A stretch of 64,000 nt of DNA. It comes from a virus (lineage: Duplodnaviria > Caudoviricetes). A program made the translations under genes and the position numbers. The DNA lies in IMG/VR virus record IMGVR_UViG_3300020576_003495, positions 32,001-96,000 of that record, one strand, 5' to 3'. Shown here piece by piece: positions 27,906 through 38,404 of this stretch. How positions within the stretch are numbered: position 1 is the first letter of the stretch; each line of letters opens with the position of its first letter. Below the pieces are notes generated by a model. It made no database searches. It was not told the origin of the DNA and worked only from the letters and a program-made list of their open reading frames with translations.

Positions 27906-29647
27906 TGGCTATAGCACCAACATTACTCGCTGGAAGTCAAGTCGCCTTAGAGTTCACAACGATGCCTTTTGTGGAACCGTTGTTTTTACGTGGATTTACG
28001 CAAACACCGAAACTTAAAGCGGCGTATCTCCCCACAGAAAATTCCATACGCTTTTGGATTTCCGATACAGCGGGGGACATGCTAACCCAAGTGTCGTCAG
28101 ATTCAGTCTTTGCTGTTCCTTCAACGCCCTACTCATCTAATTTAAATACCTACAGCGTTATAGCTTACAGCAGAGCAGGTGCCGTTTGTCTGATGCGCAT
28201 AAACCCAAACGCTTCTGGCTATGCTGCTTTTGTCCAAACTGCTACTGCACCTTTGGCGCGTATTGAACAGTCGTTAACCGAAACACTAAGCATAAATTTC
28301 GCAGCAACAAGTCCTCTGGCAACAGTGTACAGCAGCACGGTGAACAGGGATACGGGAGTCTCTTTGTTTGACAATGCCTACTGGTCTTCGTTTAATAGGA
28401 GCGTATCGGTAGCCGCGCCAATAACAGGGTTGGTTCCTCTCGTAACAAGCGGTTTCTCCATAGGAAACTCGTGGATGAAGCAGACTGTTGATGTTGGAAC
28501 TGGCGACATTTATGTTGCGGTTGCCAGCAATTCAGCAACAGGGATAGACGCTGATTTAGGCACCCCTGTCATGATAGTTAAAAACGACGGCACGGTTGGT
28601 TCTCCTGTGTATGTTGTTCCGCCAAACGCTCTAATAAACCTACCTGATACGAAGTATCAATTCACAGCAACAAGCTACACTAGCGCGACGGACGCCAGCA
28701 GTCCTTATCCCTATATTGTGGCTGTAGCCCAAGACGGCAGTGCTTTCGTATTTACTGTAATCGTGGCTTTGGTCAACAAGACCTACGCTGGAACTGTAGC
28801 CCTTACTTTCGACTTTTCCCCTTCTTACCTAAGACGCTACATGTCAGCGTCTGGTCTTGGGGGCGCTTTGACTACACAACTACAACCACCCCCAGTTAAC
28901 GCTTTACCCATGTCAAAAATTACAGGGGTGCGCGTTATCGGTTTGGGGGGTCTGGTTTCTTTAAGTGACATAACGCTAAAGCAACGAACAAATTCACCCA
29001 CGGGTGTTCCTTTGGTACAAGGGCTGTACCCTGCCGTAGACCCTGACAGATACACCTACCTATCTGCATCAGGTGACGGGGTTAATTTCGGTGCAGAGGT
29101 TCTAGCTACAGCGTCTGGTGTCTACACACTGTACACGACTAATGGTGGTACTGTAGCTGTGACAACGAACAGGCTGCTATACGATCCTTATTACAATGGC
29201 GTTGAGGTTGTAAAGTACAACTACTCCGCGTACTCCCTTCTTGACCAAGCAACGGCGTCCAAGCTGCTTCTTGGGGATATTGAGTACAAGTGTTTTTTCC
29301 TTGTTAACACACACCCCACACAAACCATTACCACACTGAAACTATGGTCAGACTATAACTGCGACTACCTGACAGGCTCAACAGCCAACGATAACTACAT
29401 CCAGATGGGCATCATTACTAATGACAGGGACGGGACAGCTAACCCAACCATAGCGAATCAAACCACGGCTCCGGTTGGAATAACTTTCGCGTTTCACAAC
29501 TCTGAGTTAGAAGCGGCTGTGGTGTCCACATTGCTTCCGGGCGAATGCGTTCCTATATGGGTGAAGCGTGTGATAAAGTCTGGGCAGGTGCCAAGTGGCT
29601 TGCCTGAAAACATCACTAGCTCGCTACGACTTAAATTGACGTACTAA
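27905..29647 (+). CDS. Tail tip structural protein
   Basis: C-terminal EYKCFFLVN...PIWVKRV resembles the 22112 gene product. Confidence 0.55.
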   Translation: MAIAPTLLAGSQVALEFTTMPFVEPLFLRGFTQTPKLKAAYLPTENSIRFWISDTAGDMLTQVSSDSVFAVPSTPYSSNLNTYSVIAYSRAGAVCLMRINPNASGYAAFVQTATAPLARIEQSLTETLSINFAATSPLATVYSSTVNRDTGVSLFDNAYWSSFNRSVSVAAPITGLVPLVTSGFSIGNSWMKQTVDVGTGDIYVAVASNSATGIDADLGTPVMIVKNDGTVGSPVYVVPPNALINLPDTKYQFTATSYTSATDASSPYPYIVAVAQDGSAFVFTVIVALVNKTYAGTVALTFDFSPSYLRRYMSASGLGGALTTQLQPPPVNALPMSKITGVRVIGLGGLVSLSDITLKQRTNSPTGVPLVQGLYPAVDPDRYTYLSASGDGVNFGAEVLATASGVYTLYTTNGGTVAVTTNRLLYDPYYNGVEVVKYNYSAYSLLDQATASKLLLGDIEYKCFFLVNTHPTQTITTLKLWSDYNCDYLTGSTANDNYIQMGIITNDRDGTANPTIANQTTAPVGITFAFHNSELEAAVVSTLLPGECVPIWVKRVIKSGQVPSGLPENITSSLRLKLTY

Positions 29648-29648
29648 T

Positions 29649-31472
29649 ATGACCACCAGCACGGTTGATTCCTTAATCCTCATTCCTGTAGGAGAACCCG
29701 CAACGTTATGGGACGTTAGCGAGGATTGGAATTACCTAGAAACCCCCAGTCAGATATACGATAAGCGCCTGTCCGTGCGAAAGTTCGTGCGCTACCCTGA
29801 ACGAGTAAGTGCAAGTGCCCCCGTAAGTTACAATGCGCTAGTCCGCTTTTCTGTTAGAAAAACAGTTCATAGGGCGCTCTATTCTCCTGTTAACAAAAGC
29901 GGCGACGTTTTGTATTCGTCCTACAACCGTGTTGCTTGTAGGAAGACGCTGAAGAACGCTTTGTATAGTCCTGTGGTGACCAGTTATGCGGCACTATGGG
30001 GGCCAGTGGTGTCTCGACTGACTGTTTCGTTCGGTGTTCGCTATTCACGGTGGGACGCTGTAGTATCCAGCAACCCCCTGTCTTACCTCACGGGGACTCG
30101 CGTTAGTGCGAGGTACAGCGCACAGTACATGATACTAGCCCACTGCACGGTGAGCCATGCCGTGTCTTATTACGACTACACAAGGTTGTATAAGTCGGTA
30201 TCGGTGCATTACTCAGTGAAAGATACAGACAGGGTATTTAAGCGTGCAAACGTGCAGTACTTGTCTGTCTTAGTCACGGGTGTTGCTATTATTCCTGTAG
30301 AACCTATCATCATTATTGACTCCGAGTTAGTCTATGTAAAAGACATGACGGTATCTGCGGATGAAGGAAACTTCACCTATTCTTGTGAAGCTACGCTGGC
30401 TAACTACGCTGATTTCCCAAAGTTTTTAGCCAACAAAGAATTCCATGTGAACATTCAGGGCGAGATTTATTACTTTGTGGTCGACAGTCGATCCATGGAC
30501 AGGAAAGATATAACCGCCCCCCACGCCACTGTTAGAGGCTTATCCAGAACATCCCTGCTTACGGGGGCAAAGTCTAAACAAATCATCGGTATAACGATAG
30601 ACACACCGAAGACAGCGAACGAAATTGCTAATCTTCTGGTTTATGATAGCACGATAAATCGCTCTGGCTACATCCCACCACCGGGCGATATGTCTTGGGA
30701 GATTCTTGATTGGGGATTACCCGCCTATCGTTTCGGTGTGGAGAATCAATACCCGCTAGACTCAGTGAAATTACTTGCAGAAGCAGTTGGCGGTGTCGTT
30801 GAATCCACGCCAGAAGGTAACATCAGAGTTAGGTACAAGCACCCTGTTGCTGTTCCTACGTATTCAGATGCTACGACAGACCACTTTTTATTAGATTCTG
30901 ACGATATTCTGTCCATGCAGGAGCGGCATTCACCCAACAAAAAGACGGATAGCATCTATGTCAAGACGTTCCAAGACATCGGTGTGGCTGACGTTATTGA
31001 GTTCTTCGATGTGGAAACTGTTGGGGGCGATTTAGGGTATTTTGACGATGGTAGAACAGCCTACTCTGGTGGTTTTGTTCGAGTTTTCCCAGCTATTTGG
31101 CGGGACAACGTTGAGCTATATACCACGAATAAAAACGTAGAACTTGAGTACCTTGGTATTGAAAATTGGCGTCCTAATGAGTGGCAAGCACCAGATTTCG
31201 GGTGGGAACTTATAGAGATAACTCGATCACAAGGTTCAGCACGGTACCCTGTGTGTGCCATCCAGAGTTACGGGTATCTCACCGAACCTGCGGGTAGCAT
31301 CATCATGCAAGACTACTCAAAGACGTTTTATACATCCGATTTAAACATTAGATTCAGTATGCTTAAGTTAAAATACACCACACGTTGTCATCTTTGGAAA
31401 CTGAAGGCACCGGGCGGAACGCATCTACAGCTTTGCGTCCGTGATACGGTTTTCAACTCTTACTTGAGGTAG
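29649..31472 (+). CDS. Putative tail hub / baseplate protein
   Basis: LAEAVGGVVESTPEGNIRVR hub-like segment; Tyr/Ser/Val-rich repetitive N-terminus. Confidence 0.55.
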   Translation: MTTSTVDSLILIPVGEPATLWDVSEDWNYLETPSQIYDKRLSVRKFVRYPERVSASAPVSYNALVRFSVRKTVHRALYSPVNKSGDVLYSSYNRVACRKTLKNALYSPVVTSYAALWGPVVSRLTVSFGVRYSRWDAVVSSNPLSYLTGTRVSARYSAQYMILAHCTVSHAVSYYDYTRLYKSVSVHYSVKDTDRVFKRANVQYLSVLVTGVAIIPVEPIIIIDSELVYVKDMTVSADEGNFTYSCEATLANYADFPKFLANKEFHVNIQGEIYYFVVDSRSMDRKDITAPHATVRGLSRTSLLTGAKSKQIIGITIDTPKTANEIANLLVYDSTINRSGYIPPPGDMSWEILDWGLPAYRFGVENQYPLDSVKLLAEAVGGVVESTPEGNIRVRYKHPVAVPTYSDATTDHFLLDSDDILSMQERHSPNKKTDSIYVKTFQDIGVADVIEFFDVETVGGDLGYFDDGRTAYSGGFVRVFPAIWRDNVELYTTNKNVELEYLGIENWRPNEWQAPDFGWELIEITRSQGSARYPVCAIQSYGYLTEPAGSIIMQDYSKTFYTSDLNIRFSMLKLKYTTRCHLWKLKAPGGTHLQLCVRDTVFNSYLR

Positions 31473-31478
31473 ACCACC

Positions 31479-32045
31479 ATGGCACTAGAACAACATGCCG
31501 TAACAACCACCATATCCTGTAGTGTCTCTGGGGGAGAGGGGCATCTCCAAGGGGAGATAGATTCCCGACCTTATGGCTTAAATGGTGGGCGTTCTCAGTA
31601 CTTCCCCGGCGATGACTGTTTCGTACTTATCTACAAATCAATCAACGTGACCATCATGGGGTCTTTCGTTACGGGGGGTAGCTTTAGCCACAACGTTCCG
31701 GGTCTTTCGGTTGGTTATAACATTGTTCGTGAGGGGCTATCCTTCTCTACCCCTGTTGCTAATTTCTCTAAGCCAGCCCCATCCAATTTGATCGTACTTA
31801 ATGCTTTGTATCTTCAAAGCGGTGGGTTTACTTTCGTCCCCAACACCACGGTAGCTCGACTTCTCACGTGGGTAGGCTCAGGCGACCCTGCGGCACAACC
31901 CCCCTATGCTTTTGTCTTTGTTGAGTACTCACCTACCGCACAGGTTGGTAAATTCAGCAATCTTCCTGCTCCCCCAACAGGCTCCGTCTTTAGCTGGCCT
32001 GTGCATGCGGTTCTCTACGGCATCGCTACACCAGTCTATCCATAA
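31479..32045 (+). CDS. Hypothetical tail-region protein
   Basis: GAGG RBS; operon context. Confidence 0.55.
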   Translation: MALEQHAVTTTISCSVSGGEGHLQGEIDSRPYGLNGGRSQYFPGDDCFVLIYKSINVTIMGSFVTGGSFSHNVPGLSVGYNIVREGLSFSTPVANFSKPAPSNLIVLNALYLQSGGFTFVPNTTVARLLTWVGSGDPAAQPPYAFVFVEYSPTAQVGKFSNLPAPPTGSVFSWPVHAVLYGIATPVYP

Positions 32046-32380
32046 TGTTCTACTCTATCCGCTGTTACCGTGGCGAAGGTCGGCACCGTGTCAATGACGC
32101 GGTTATCAGCAATCTTCTCTCTGAACTACCTGCATGCATTCAACGCGGCAGAAATGAGCTTGATGATTCGGCGCATGGCAGTCAGCTTGTTACTGTGGAG
32201 ATGGTGTTTCGTCCCGGCTTGCGTTTAGGGCAGATAGTTAAAGTGACAGAAACATTATTCGGTAGCTCATGGTATGCGAAAATAACAGGCATCAAGCATC
32301 ATGTGCAGAATGCTAAGCTGACTACTGAATTAACTTTGCTGAAACCGACTGACTTCTTTGTTGGAAACTTATCTCCATGA
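32045..32380 (+). CDS. Putative hub C-terminal-like protein
   Basis: RGRNEL...PGLRLGQIVKV...ITGIKH pattern. Confidence 0.55.
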   Translation: MFYSIRCYRGEGRHRVNDAVISNLLSELPACIQRGRNELDDSAHGSQLVTVEMVFRPGLRLGQIVKVTETLFGSSWYAKITGIKHHVQNAKLTTELTLLKPTDFFVGNLSP

Positions 32381-32604
32381 ATCCCTTAGAGGCACTTCGT
32401 AACCTGATAGCCCCACCGGCAAACAACACGCCGGGGACAGTTGTAGGTGCGCAAGGATCGCTAACCATGGTGAGAACTGCAACAGGAATAAAGCTAGTAA
32501 AAGCAGGGTCAGCTTCATTTGGTTCAGTTGTTAATTTGGATTCAAGAAACGCGGTGGTGTCAGTGCAAGACTCAGATAACGTAATCCCTTCATTCAAGGT
32601 GTGA
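32377..32604 (+). CDS. Small tail-tip protein
   Basis: ATGA overlap; MNPL..L..L...GTV pattern. Confidence 0.55.
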   Translation: MNPLEALRNLIAPPANNTPGTVVGAQGSLTMVRTATGIKLVKAGSASFGSVVNLDSRNAVVSVQDSDNVIPSFKV

Positions 32605-32605
32605 T

Positions 32606-32986
32606 ATGGCCGATACGATTGTTTTACCTAACCTAGCGGGTCTTGCTACACTGGACTCAGCCGCAGTTAATCCTGTTCCTTCCGCATGCGTCCTAGACAC
32701 GGCAGCGGGTATTGGCGCAAGTTCTAATAATTCTTACCATGCCCTATGGCCGGGGGCATTTCAAGTTGATCCTGTTCCGGGCGGCACTGTTGTTCAAGTC
32801 CAGTGGCGAGTCCACAAAGATGCGGCTTGGATTGTTCTATGGGATTCCAGTGTTGGGTCTAATGGGGCGACAGGGTTCTTGATGACTTGGCAGACTCCAC
32901 CTAACTTTGTGCGTGCCGTTCGTACTAGCGGTTCGGGTGCTGTTAAAGCCTTCATGACAGTTCACGCTATGGCTAGCCAAGGTTAA
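32606..32986 (+). CDS. Hypothetical structural protein
   Basis: Operon context. Confidence 0.5.
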   Translation: MADTIVLPNLAGLATLDSAAVNPVPSACVLDTAAGIGASSNNSYHALWPGAFQVDPVPGGTVVQVQWRVHKDAAWIVLWDSSVGSNGATGFLMTWQTPPNFVRAVRTSGSGAVKAFMTVHAMASQG

Positions 32987-32991
32987 TAACC

Positions 32992-33363
32992 ATGCCGTTT
33001 AATGTGAAACTGCCTCCGATTTATCGCGGTGCTGCCTATAAAAAGGCGTTCCGCTGGTTTTCTCAGGACGACGCGGGTGTTAAAACCCCGATTGATCTTG
33101 CGGGGAAGGCTGGCCGCATACAGTTGCGTTCTGCTGCGGGTGATGAACCTGTTTATGCAGATTGGAGTACTACGAACGGCAAGCTAATCTTTGATGACAC
33201 CAACAGAATCTCCATTGCTGTGCCACGATCCGAAACAGAGTCTTACGATTTTGATTTTGCACAGTGGGACTTATTGATCTGGCCTGTGGGAACAATAGAA
33301 GACGCTGAAGTTTTAATGCGCGGAAGCATCGCTGGCCCGCGTACAATCACTGATCTACCGTAA
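32992..33363 (+). CDS. BppU-N-like baseplate/fibre attachment protein
   Basis: IYRGA...PIDLxG....Q.R...WDL....G pattern. Confidence 0.6.
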   Translation: MPFNVKLPPIYRGAAYKKAFRWFSQDDAGVKTPIDLAGKAGRIQLRSAAGDEPVYADWSTTNGKLIFDDTNRISIAVPRSETESYDFDFAQWDLLIWPVGTIEDAEVLMRGSIAGPRTITDLP

Positions 33364-33371
33364 GGATCAGT

Positions 33372-33926
33372 ATGACCAACGAAGAAACCGTCCTTGTTTC
33401 ACTGGCGCGTGATGTTGTCTTTGTTGAAGAAGAAGACTCATCTCTTGTTGTTTATGCAGAACAAGGGCCAAGGGGTATTCCGGGAATCAAAGGGGATAAA
33501 GGTGATAAGGGGGATGCAGGAACATCTGCATCACTATCCACCGATCCCAACAATCTATCCGTCATCGGCAGTGATGGGGGCATTTATACCCCCGAGAGAA
33601 ACCCTGTAGTTACCGTCAAAGACGAGGGGACTACGCTCGTTAGCTCCCTTGTTGCAATTAATTTCACAGGTTCGGGTGTATCTGCGTCGAACAGTGCGGG
33701 AACAGTCACGGTAAATGTTCCGGGTTTGTCGGGCGAATCCTATACACATACGCAGTCAATAGCTTCAGACACATGGATTATTGTTCACGGCTTAGGTAGT
33801 TACCCGTCTGTTACTATCATAGACTCAAGCGGTGATGAGGTTGAAGGCGAACTCAAGTACGTGTCAAGCAATGAAATTCATGTCACTTTTAGCGCAATGT
33901 TTGGCGGGACTGCTTATTTAAACTAG
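33372..33926 (+). CDS. Fibre-associated protein with short collagen-like segment
   Basis: GPRGIPGIKGDKGDKGDAG; VKDEG module; WxIxHxLGxYPSV domain. Confidence 0.7.
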   Translation: MTNEETVLVSLARDVVFVEEEDSSLVVYAEQGPRGIPGIKGDKGDKGDAGTSASLSTDPNNLSVIGSDGGIYTPERNPVVTVKDEGTTLVSSLVAINFTGSGVSASNSAGTVTVNVPGLSGESYTHTQSIASDTWIIVHGLGSYPSVTIIDSSGDEVEGELKYVSSNEIHVTFSAMFGGTAYLN

Positions 33927-33936
33927 GGGATTTACC

Positions 33937-35088
33937 ATGGCAAAGAAGATTTTAGTCAATTATGACTTTACCAAAAATGAAATACAAAATACGCTAGTTC
34001 ATAAGCTGGCTTCGGCACCGGGTTCCCCCGTTGAAGGTCAAATCTTCACGAATACCACAGCACATGATATGGAATATTACAACGGCACCATCTGGGTGTC
34101 GATGGATGCGACCAAACGAACAGGTATTCCACTTGCTAACCTAGCTACTGACCCGCTAGCCCGTGCTAACCACACAGGAACGCAATTAGCCTCAACGATT
34201 TCCGATTTCGATACACAAGTGCGTACTAGCCGTTTGGATCAAATGGCTAACCCAACAACGTCGGTTTCTCTTAACTCCCAAAAAATCACTAACTTGCTCG
34301 CCCCTTCGGCGGGTACGGATGCGGTCAATAAGACCTACGTTGATAATCTGTCGATGGGTCTTGATGTTAAAGGCTCAGTCAGGGCAGCAACCACAGCGAC
34401 AGCAGGTACCTACGCAAATTCAGGCGGCACATCAACACGCGGTCAGTTGACCGCTTGCCCGAATACCATTGACGGCGTTACCTTGGCTGGCTCTGATCGC
34501 ATTCTGGTAAAGGATCACGGCACACCTTCTGCTAATGGTATTTACGTTGTTAGCACTTTGGGTTCCGGCGCTAACGGTGTGTGGGATCGTGCTACCGATG
34601 CCGATGCTGATGGTGAACTCACTGCAAATGCCTTCGTGTTCGTTGAAGAAGGTACGCAGAACGCTGATACAGGCTGGACGATCACAACCAACGGAACAAT
34701 CATCGTCGGCGGTGCTTCGGGCACAGCCCTAACATGGGCGCAGTTCTCTGGTGCGGGTTCTGTTGTTGCGGGTTCTGGTCTGACCAAAACAGGTAACACA
34801 CTGGATGTTGGTTCGGGTACAGGCATCACGGTTGCCGCAGACAGTATCTCTATTGACACTGCGGTTGTTGTCCGTAAGTACGCTGTCGATGTGGGTGATA
34901 ACTCATCTACCGCTATTACGATTACGCACAACTTGGGAACCAAAGACATATCGGTTGAAGTGTATAATGCTTCGACACCTTGGGACACCGTAGAGTGCGA
35001 AGTTACTCGTCCGACCACCAACACAGCGACCTTAACTTTTGCCGTTGCGCCTACAACAGCGCAGTACCGTGCTGTCGTACAGGCATAA
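33937..35088 (+). CDS. Tail or whisker fibre protein
   Basis: DAVNKxYVD, VRAATT, IDGVTL..DRILVKD...NGIY, ITHNLGT. Confidence 0.75.
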   Translation: MAKKILVNYDFTKNEIQNTLVHKLASAPGSPVEGQIFTNTTAHDMEYYNGTIWVSMDATKRTGIPLANLATDPLARANHTGTQLASTISDFDTQVRTSRLDQMANPTTSVSLNSQKITNLLAPSAGTDAVNKTYVDNLSMGLDVKGSVRAATTATAGTYANSGGTSTRGQLTACPNTIDGVTLAGSDRILVKDHGTPSANGIYVVSTLGSGANGVWDRATDADADGELTANAFVFVEEGTQNADTGWTITTNGTIIVGGASGTALTWAQFSGAGSVVAGSGLTKTGNTLDVGSGTGITVAADSISIDTAVVVRKYAVDVGDNSSTAITITHNLGTKDISVEVYNASTPWDTVECEVTRPTTNTATLTFAVAPTTAQYRAVVQA

Positions 35089-35090
35089 TC

Positions 35091-35119
35091 TTGCACAGCT
35101 AGAGCTTACGCCATACAAT
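35091..35119 (+). promoter_or_regulatory. Sigma70-type promoter before fibre accessory genes
   Basis: TTGCAC-N17-TACAAT in intergenic gap. Confidence 0.5.
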
Positions 35120-35149
35120 AAGGGGTAAGCCTATTTACGGACGCTTTTA

Positions 35150-35941
35150 ATGGCCTTGAAGACTCTAGGCTTTAGGTCTTTGCCTAAAGTAACCGCCCTA
35201 CCCACACCCGTAGCTGGGCTAGAGGGTGTCACGGCAGAATTATCGTCCGACAAGAAGCCGTACTATTGCGATGGGGCTACTTGGGTTGACTTGTCTGCTA
35301 CGGGTAGCGGGGCGGGTCTAACCTACACCACTATAAAAACAAGTAATTTCGGCCCAACTGTAGGCACAGTAGTACGAGTTAACTCCACAGGCGGTGCTTT
35401 TACAGTAACGCTTCCAACCACCCCCGCAGATGGTTCGGTGGTCGGCGTTTTTGATGTCGCTAATTATTGCGGAACAACTCCCGTTTTGGTTTCTCCGGGC
35501 GGCGCAGATACCATAGAGGGTGCCACGGGGCTATCCGCAAACATAAACGGAGCCTACATTCTTTTAGTTTACAACTCAGCGACAACTAACTGGAAGCTAG
35601 CAGACACTTATGCGAATACCTATTCTGCTGCCCCTGCCCCCGCACCGATAACGACAAGCTTCCCCGGCTCAAACGCTACACCCCTAACAGGTGTTTCCCG
35701 TTATTATTTTTCAGCGTCAGCCACCTACACAACGATTATTGTGGGGTTATCTTCAGCACTGACATCATTCACAATAACCATTTATAAGAATGGTTCTTCC
35801 TCTGCTACACTGGTTTATTCTGGTGCCGCAGCTTATACATCGTCAGGCTCCATTAGCCTATCCGTGATTTCTGGCGATTATATTACGGTAGGCGCTGTAG
35901 GTAGTGGCGCTCTATTCGATCTTGTTGTAACTCTTAAATAG
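35150..35941 (+). CDS. Fibre adaptor protein with T4 gp9/gp10-like domain
   Basis: VNSTGGAFTVTLPxxPxxGxxVxVxD motif. Confidence 0.6.
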   Translation: MALKTLGFRSLPKVTALPTPVAGLEGVTAELSSDKKPYYCDGATWVDLSATGSGAGLTYTTIKTSNFGPTVGTVVRVNSTGGAFTVTLPTTPADGSVVGVFDVANYCGTTPVLVSPGGADTIEGATGLSANINGAYILLVYNSATTNWKLADTYANTYSAAPAPAPITTSFPGSNATPLTGVSRYYFSASATYTTIIVGLSSALTSFTITIYKNGSSSATLVYSGAAAYTSSGSISLSVISGDYITVGAVGSGALFDLVVTLK

Positions 35942-35949
35942 GACTAATC

Positions 35950-36360
35950 ATGCTCGTCACTAAAAATGAAATACTGGCTAAGTGCACCCCAGAGGAAATA
36001 GCGGGTGGGAATTACCACGTTATTGCCGAGAAGGTTAACGCGGGGCGCACTAAAACTGAGCTAGTTCCCATATCCGATGTTCAAGCCTACCTGCAAGCCC
36101 AAGGGGTTTGGTGGGCACTAAAAACAGTAGCGTCGACGGATCACCCCGCAAAAGCAGCGGCAGAAGCTGTTATTGACGTAGCTAATGCGCGATACAACAA
36201 CATTGATACCTCGATTCCTTTGGTGGGTCAGATGTTGGGGGCGCTGCTGGCGACCAATGTACTAACCCAAGAACAATACGACCATGTAACCACTATGGGG
36301 GTTTCTCCCGACCTTGCAAGTTGGGAACAGTGCTTTAGCGCAATGAAAGAAGGGGTTTAA
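35950..36360 (+). CDS. Hypothetical fibre-associated protein
   Basis: AGGA RBS; context. Confidence 0.55.
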   Translation: MLVTKNEILAKCTPEEIAGGNYHVIAEKVNAGRTKTELVPISDVQAYLQAQGVWWALKTVASTDHPAKAAAEAVIDVANARYNNIDTSIPLVGQMLGALLATNVLTQEQYDHVTTMGVSPDLASWEQCFSAMKEGV

Positions 36361-36361
36361 A

Positions 36362-36847
36362 ATGGCACTTAACTACGCGAGTTCGCAAACTGTAACGCTT
36401 CCGTCTGCCTTGAATTCTCTGGCAACAGGAAGTTCCGTGCAGAGTGACGTGGTAACAACAGGCACCAGTAACAACACGACAGATACCTTGGTTCACGTTG
36501 AAATAAGCATCGGGGCGATTACCGCATCAGCTTCAACCTATATCTCCATCTATGCCTTTGGCTCAGAAGATGGTACCGCTTATCCGGGCGGGGCGTCCAC
36601 GACTGAAGTATTGGGAGGCGGTAATGGCTCAGTGACGTTATCCGCCAACGGTAACAACCTGAAGTTCCTCGGAACAATCCAAGCCCACACAGCGAGCATT
36701 GTCATCAAGTCGGAACCGATGAGCATTGCTGCCGCCTTCGGGGGTATTATGCCGCGTAAGTGGGGTCTGGTTATCCAAAACAACACAGGGGCTAACCTCG
36801 CATCTTCTGGTCACGCAGCGAAGTACTCCGAAGTTTATTACAACTAG
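36362..36847 (+). CDS. Beta-rich fibre-associated protein
   Basis: Context; NNTGANLASSG motif. Confidence 0.55.
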   Translation: MALNYASSQTVTLPSALNSLATGSSVQSDVVTTGTSNNTTDTLVHVEISIGAITASASTYISIYAFGSEDGTAYPGGASTTEVLGGGNGSVTLSANGNNLKFLGTIQAHTASIVIKSEPMSIAAAFGGIMPRKWGLVIQNNTGANLASSGHAAKYSEVYYN

Positions 36848-36856
36848 GATTTACCT

Positions 36857-38404
36857 GTGAGCCGCCTGATACGCTCAGTGCTGCGTCCTCTGGCGATTTG
36901 TACATCTCAACCACAGGGTAATGCACAGATTGACCTATCCAATCCTATAAATGAAGGGTTGTCGTCGGCTTTTCCTTCGCTGGCGACTTACCCTGCTTAC
37001 GGAGAAGGCATACTCTACCATAACGTAAATTCGGAGAACACCCTTCGCGCTACTCGTCTTGGAGTTGGGCGTAGCTATGCTAGAAATGGGTATAACGCTA
37101 CTACTAGCGGTACGTCAATAGGAGGTATGACTGAAATCAGTGGTGATTACCCACAAACCGTAATGTTGCATGGGATACGTGGGGCATATGACGATACAGG
37201 GGCGTTTTTACTTGATGGTAACGTTGATGTTTACTTTTCTTCCTCGGGGCAATTAGCCTACGACTATGGTGGGGGTTTTGGGGCAACGACAGAAACAGTC
37301 GCCGTAGGGGGTGCTTATACTGTTTTTATGTGGGCGGCTGGGGGTAATATAACCGCAGTTGACCTCAACGGTGACGTGGTGTCCACTGTTGGTGGATTAA
37401 ACTGGGCTACGGGAAGGGCGCATACCCGTATCGGATGCCGCGAGGGTTGGGGTTTAATTAACGGCCAGATTATAAGTTTCCACAGATGGAAACGCTTTCT
37501 AACCGCAGCAGAGAGAGCTAGGTTAGTAGCTAACCCGTGGCTAATGTATCAAGCGCCCCAAAAACGCCTTCCTGTTATAGACATAGTTCGCGGCCCTGCT
37601 TTGACTCGTCAATCACGCTTGTTGGGCACAAGTTCAGGAAGCATCCCCACAGCATCAACGGCAGGATCACGAAAAATAATAGTTACTCAACAACCCCAAT
37701 GGACAGCCCAAATTGATTGGGGGAACCCTATCACAAAGGGGCTTGTGTTTGCAGTTAATGTCAATTGTAATCTTCCTTTGGAGTTGGTCAGGGGTATAAA
37801 GCCCACGTTTTCAGGGTCTTCTATTGTCACCACACCAGAAAAGTTTGGTGTTGCATCTCAATGTGTGGGGGGGTATTTAAACTACGGTAGGACAGGTGCT
37901 GATGACGTAACAACACAAGGCACTATTGTCTATGTGGGGAGAGCAGAAACAAACCCAGTTGATGTCCCTGTATTAACGTCTGATGAAGGGGCTTCGGGTC
38001 ACGGGATCACACTGGCTATTGATAACGTGTCCAGAGTTAATAACGGTGCATCGTCGTTCGCTAATAACGGGGCTTATGTTAACACCACAGGACATAACGC
38101 TGTTTCTTCCAACCTCATTCATAACGTTTATATCTATACGTGGGATGGTACAACGTGGCGCTGGTTCACCAACGGCAAGCAGGTTAACTCTGGAACGTCT
38201 ACCTTTACTTGCACAGCTAACGCAAACAGAACAACAAAACTAACTAATCGGTTTGTAGTTGGTACTCAGAACCACAGGGATGCTCTGCACCTAGTTTACA
38301 ATAGGGCGCTGACAGTGGGAGAAGCGATAAGCATTTCTTCTTCTCTTTTTTCTCCGTGGCAAATACTCAAATCTAACCCTAAACCGATTTGGGTGCCTAC
38401 ATGA
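36857..38404 (+). CDS. Tandem LamG/concanavalin-like domain protein, candidate receptor binding
   Basis: Two repeats QPQ..AQIDxxNPIxxGL ... RxLTxxE ... PW. Confidence 0.65.
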   Translation: MSRLIRSVLRPLAICTSQPQGNAQIDLSNPINEGLSSAFPSLATYPAYGEGILYHNVNSENTLRATRLGVGRSYARNGYNATTSGTSIGGMTEISGDYPQTVMLHGIRGAYDDTGAFLLDGNVDVYFSSSGQLAYDYGGGFGATTETVAVGGAYTVFMWAAGGNITAVDLNGDVVSTVGGLNWATGRAHTRIGCREGWGLINGQIISFHRWKRFLTAAERARLVANPWLMYQAPQKRLPVIDIVRGPALTRQSRLLGTSSGSIPTASTAGSRKIIVTQQPQWTAQIDWGNPITKGLVFAVNVNCNLPLELVRGIKPTFSGSSIVTTPEKFGVASQCVGGYLNYGRTGADDVTTQGTIVYVGRAETNPVDVPVLTSDEGASGHGITLAIDNVSRVNNGASSFANNGAYVNTTGHNAVSSNLIHNVYIYTWDGTTWRWFTNGKQVNSGTSTFTCTANANRTTKLTNRFVVGTQNHRDALHLVYNRALTVGEAISISSSLFSPWQILKSNPKPIWVPT

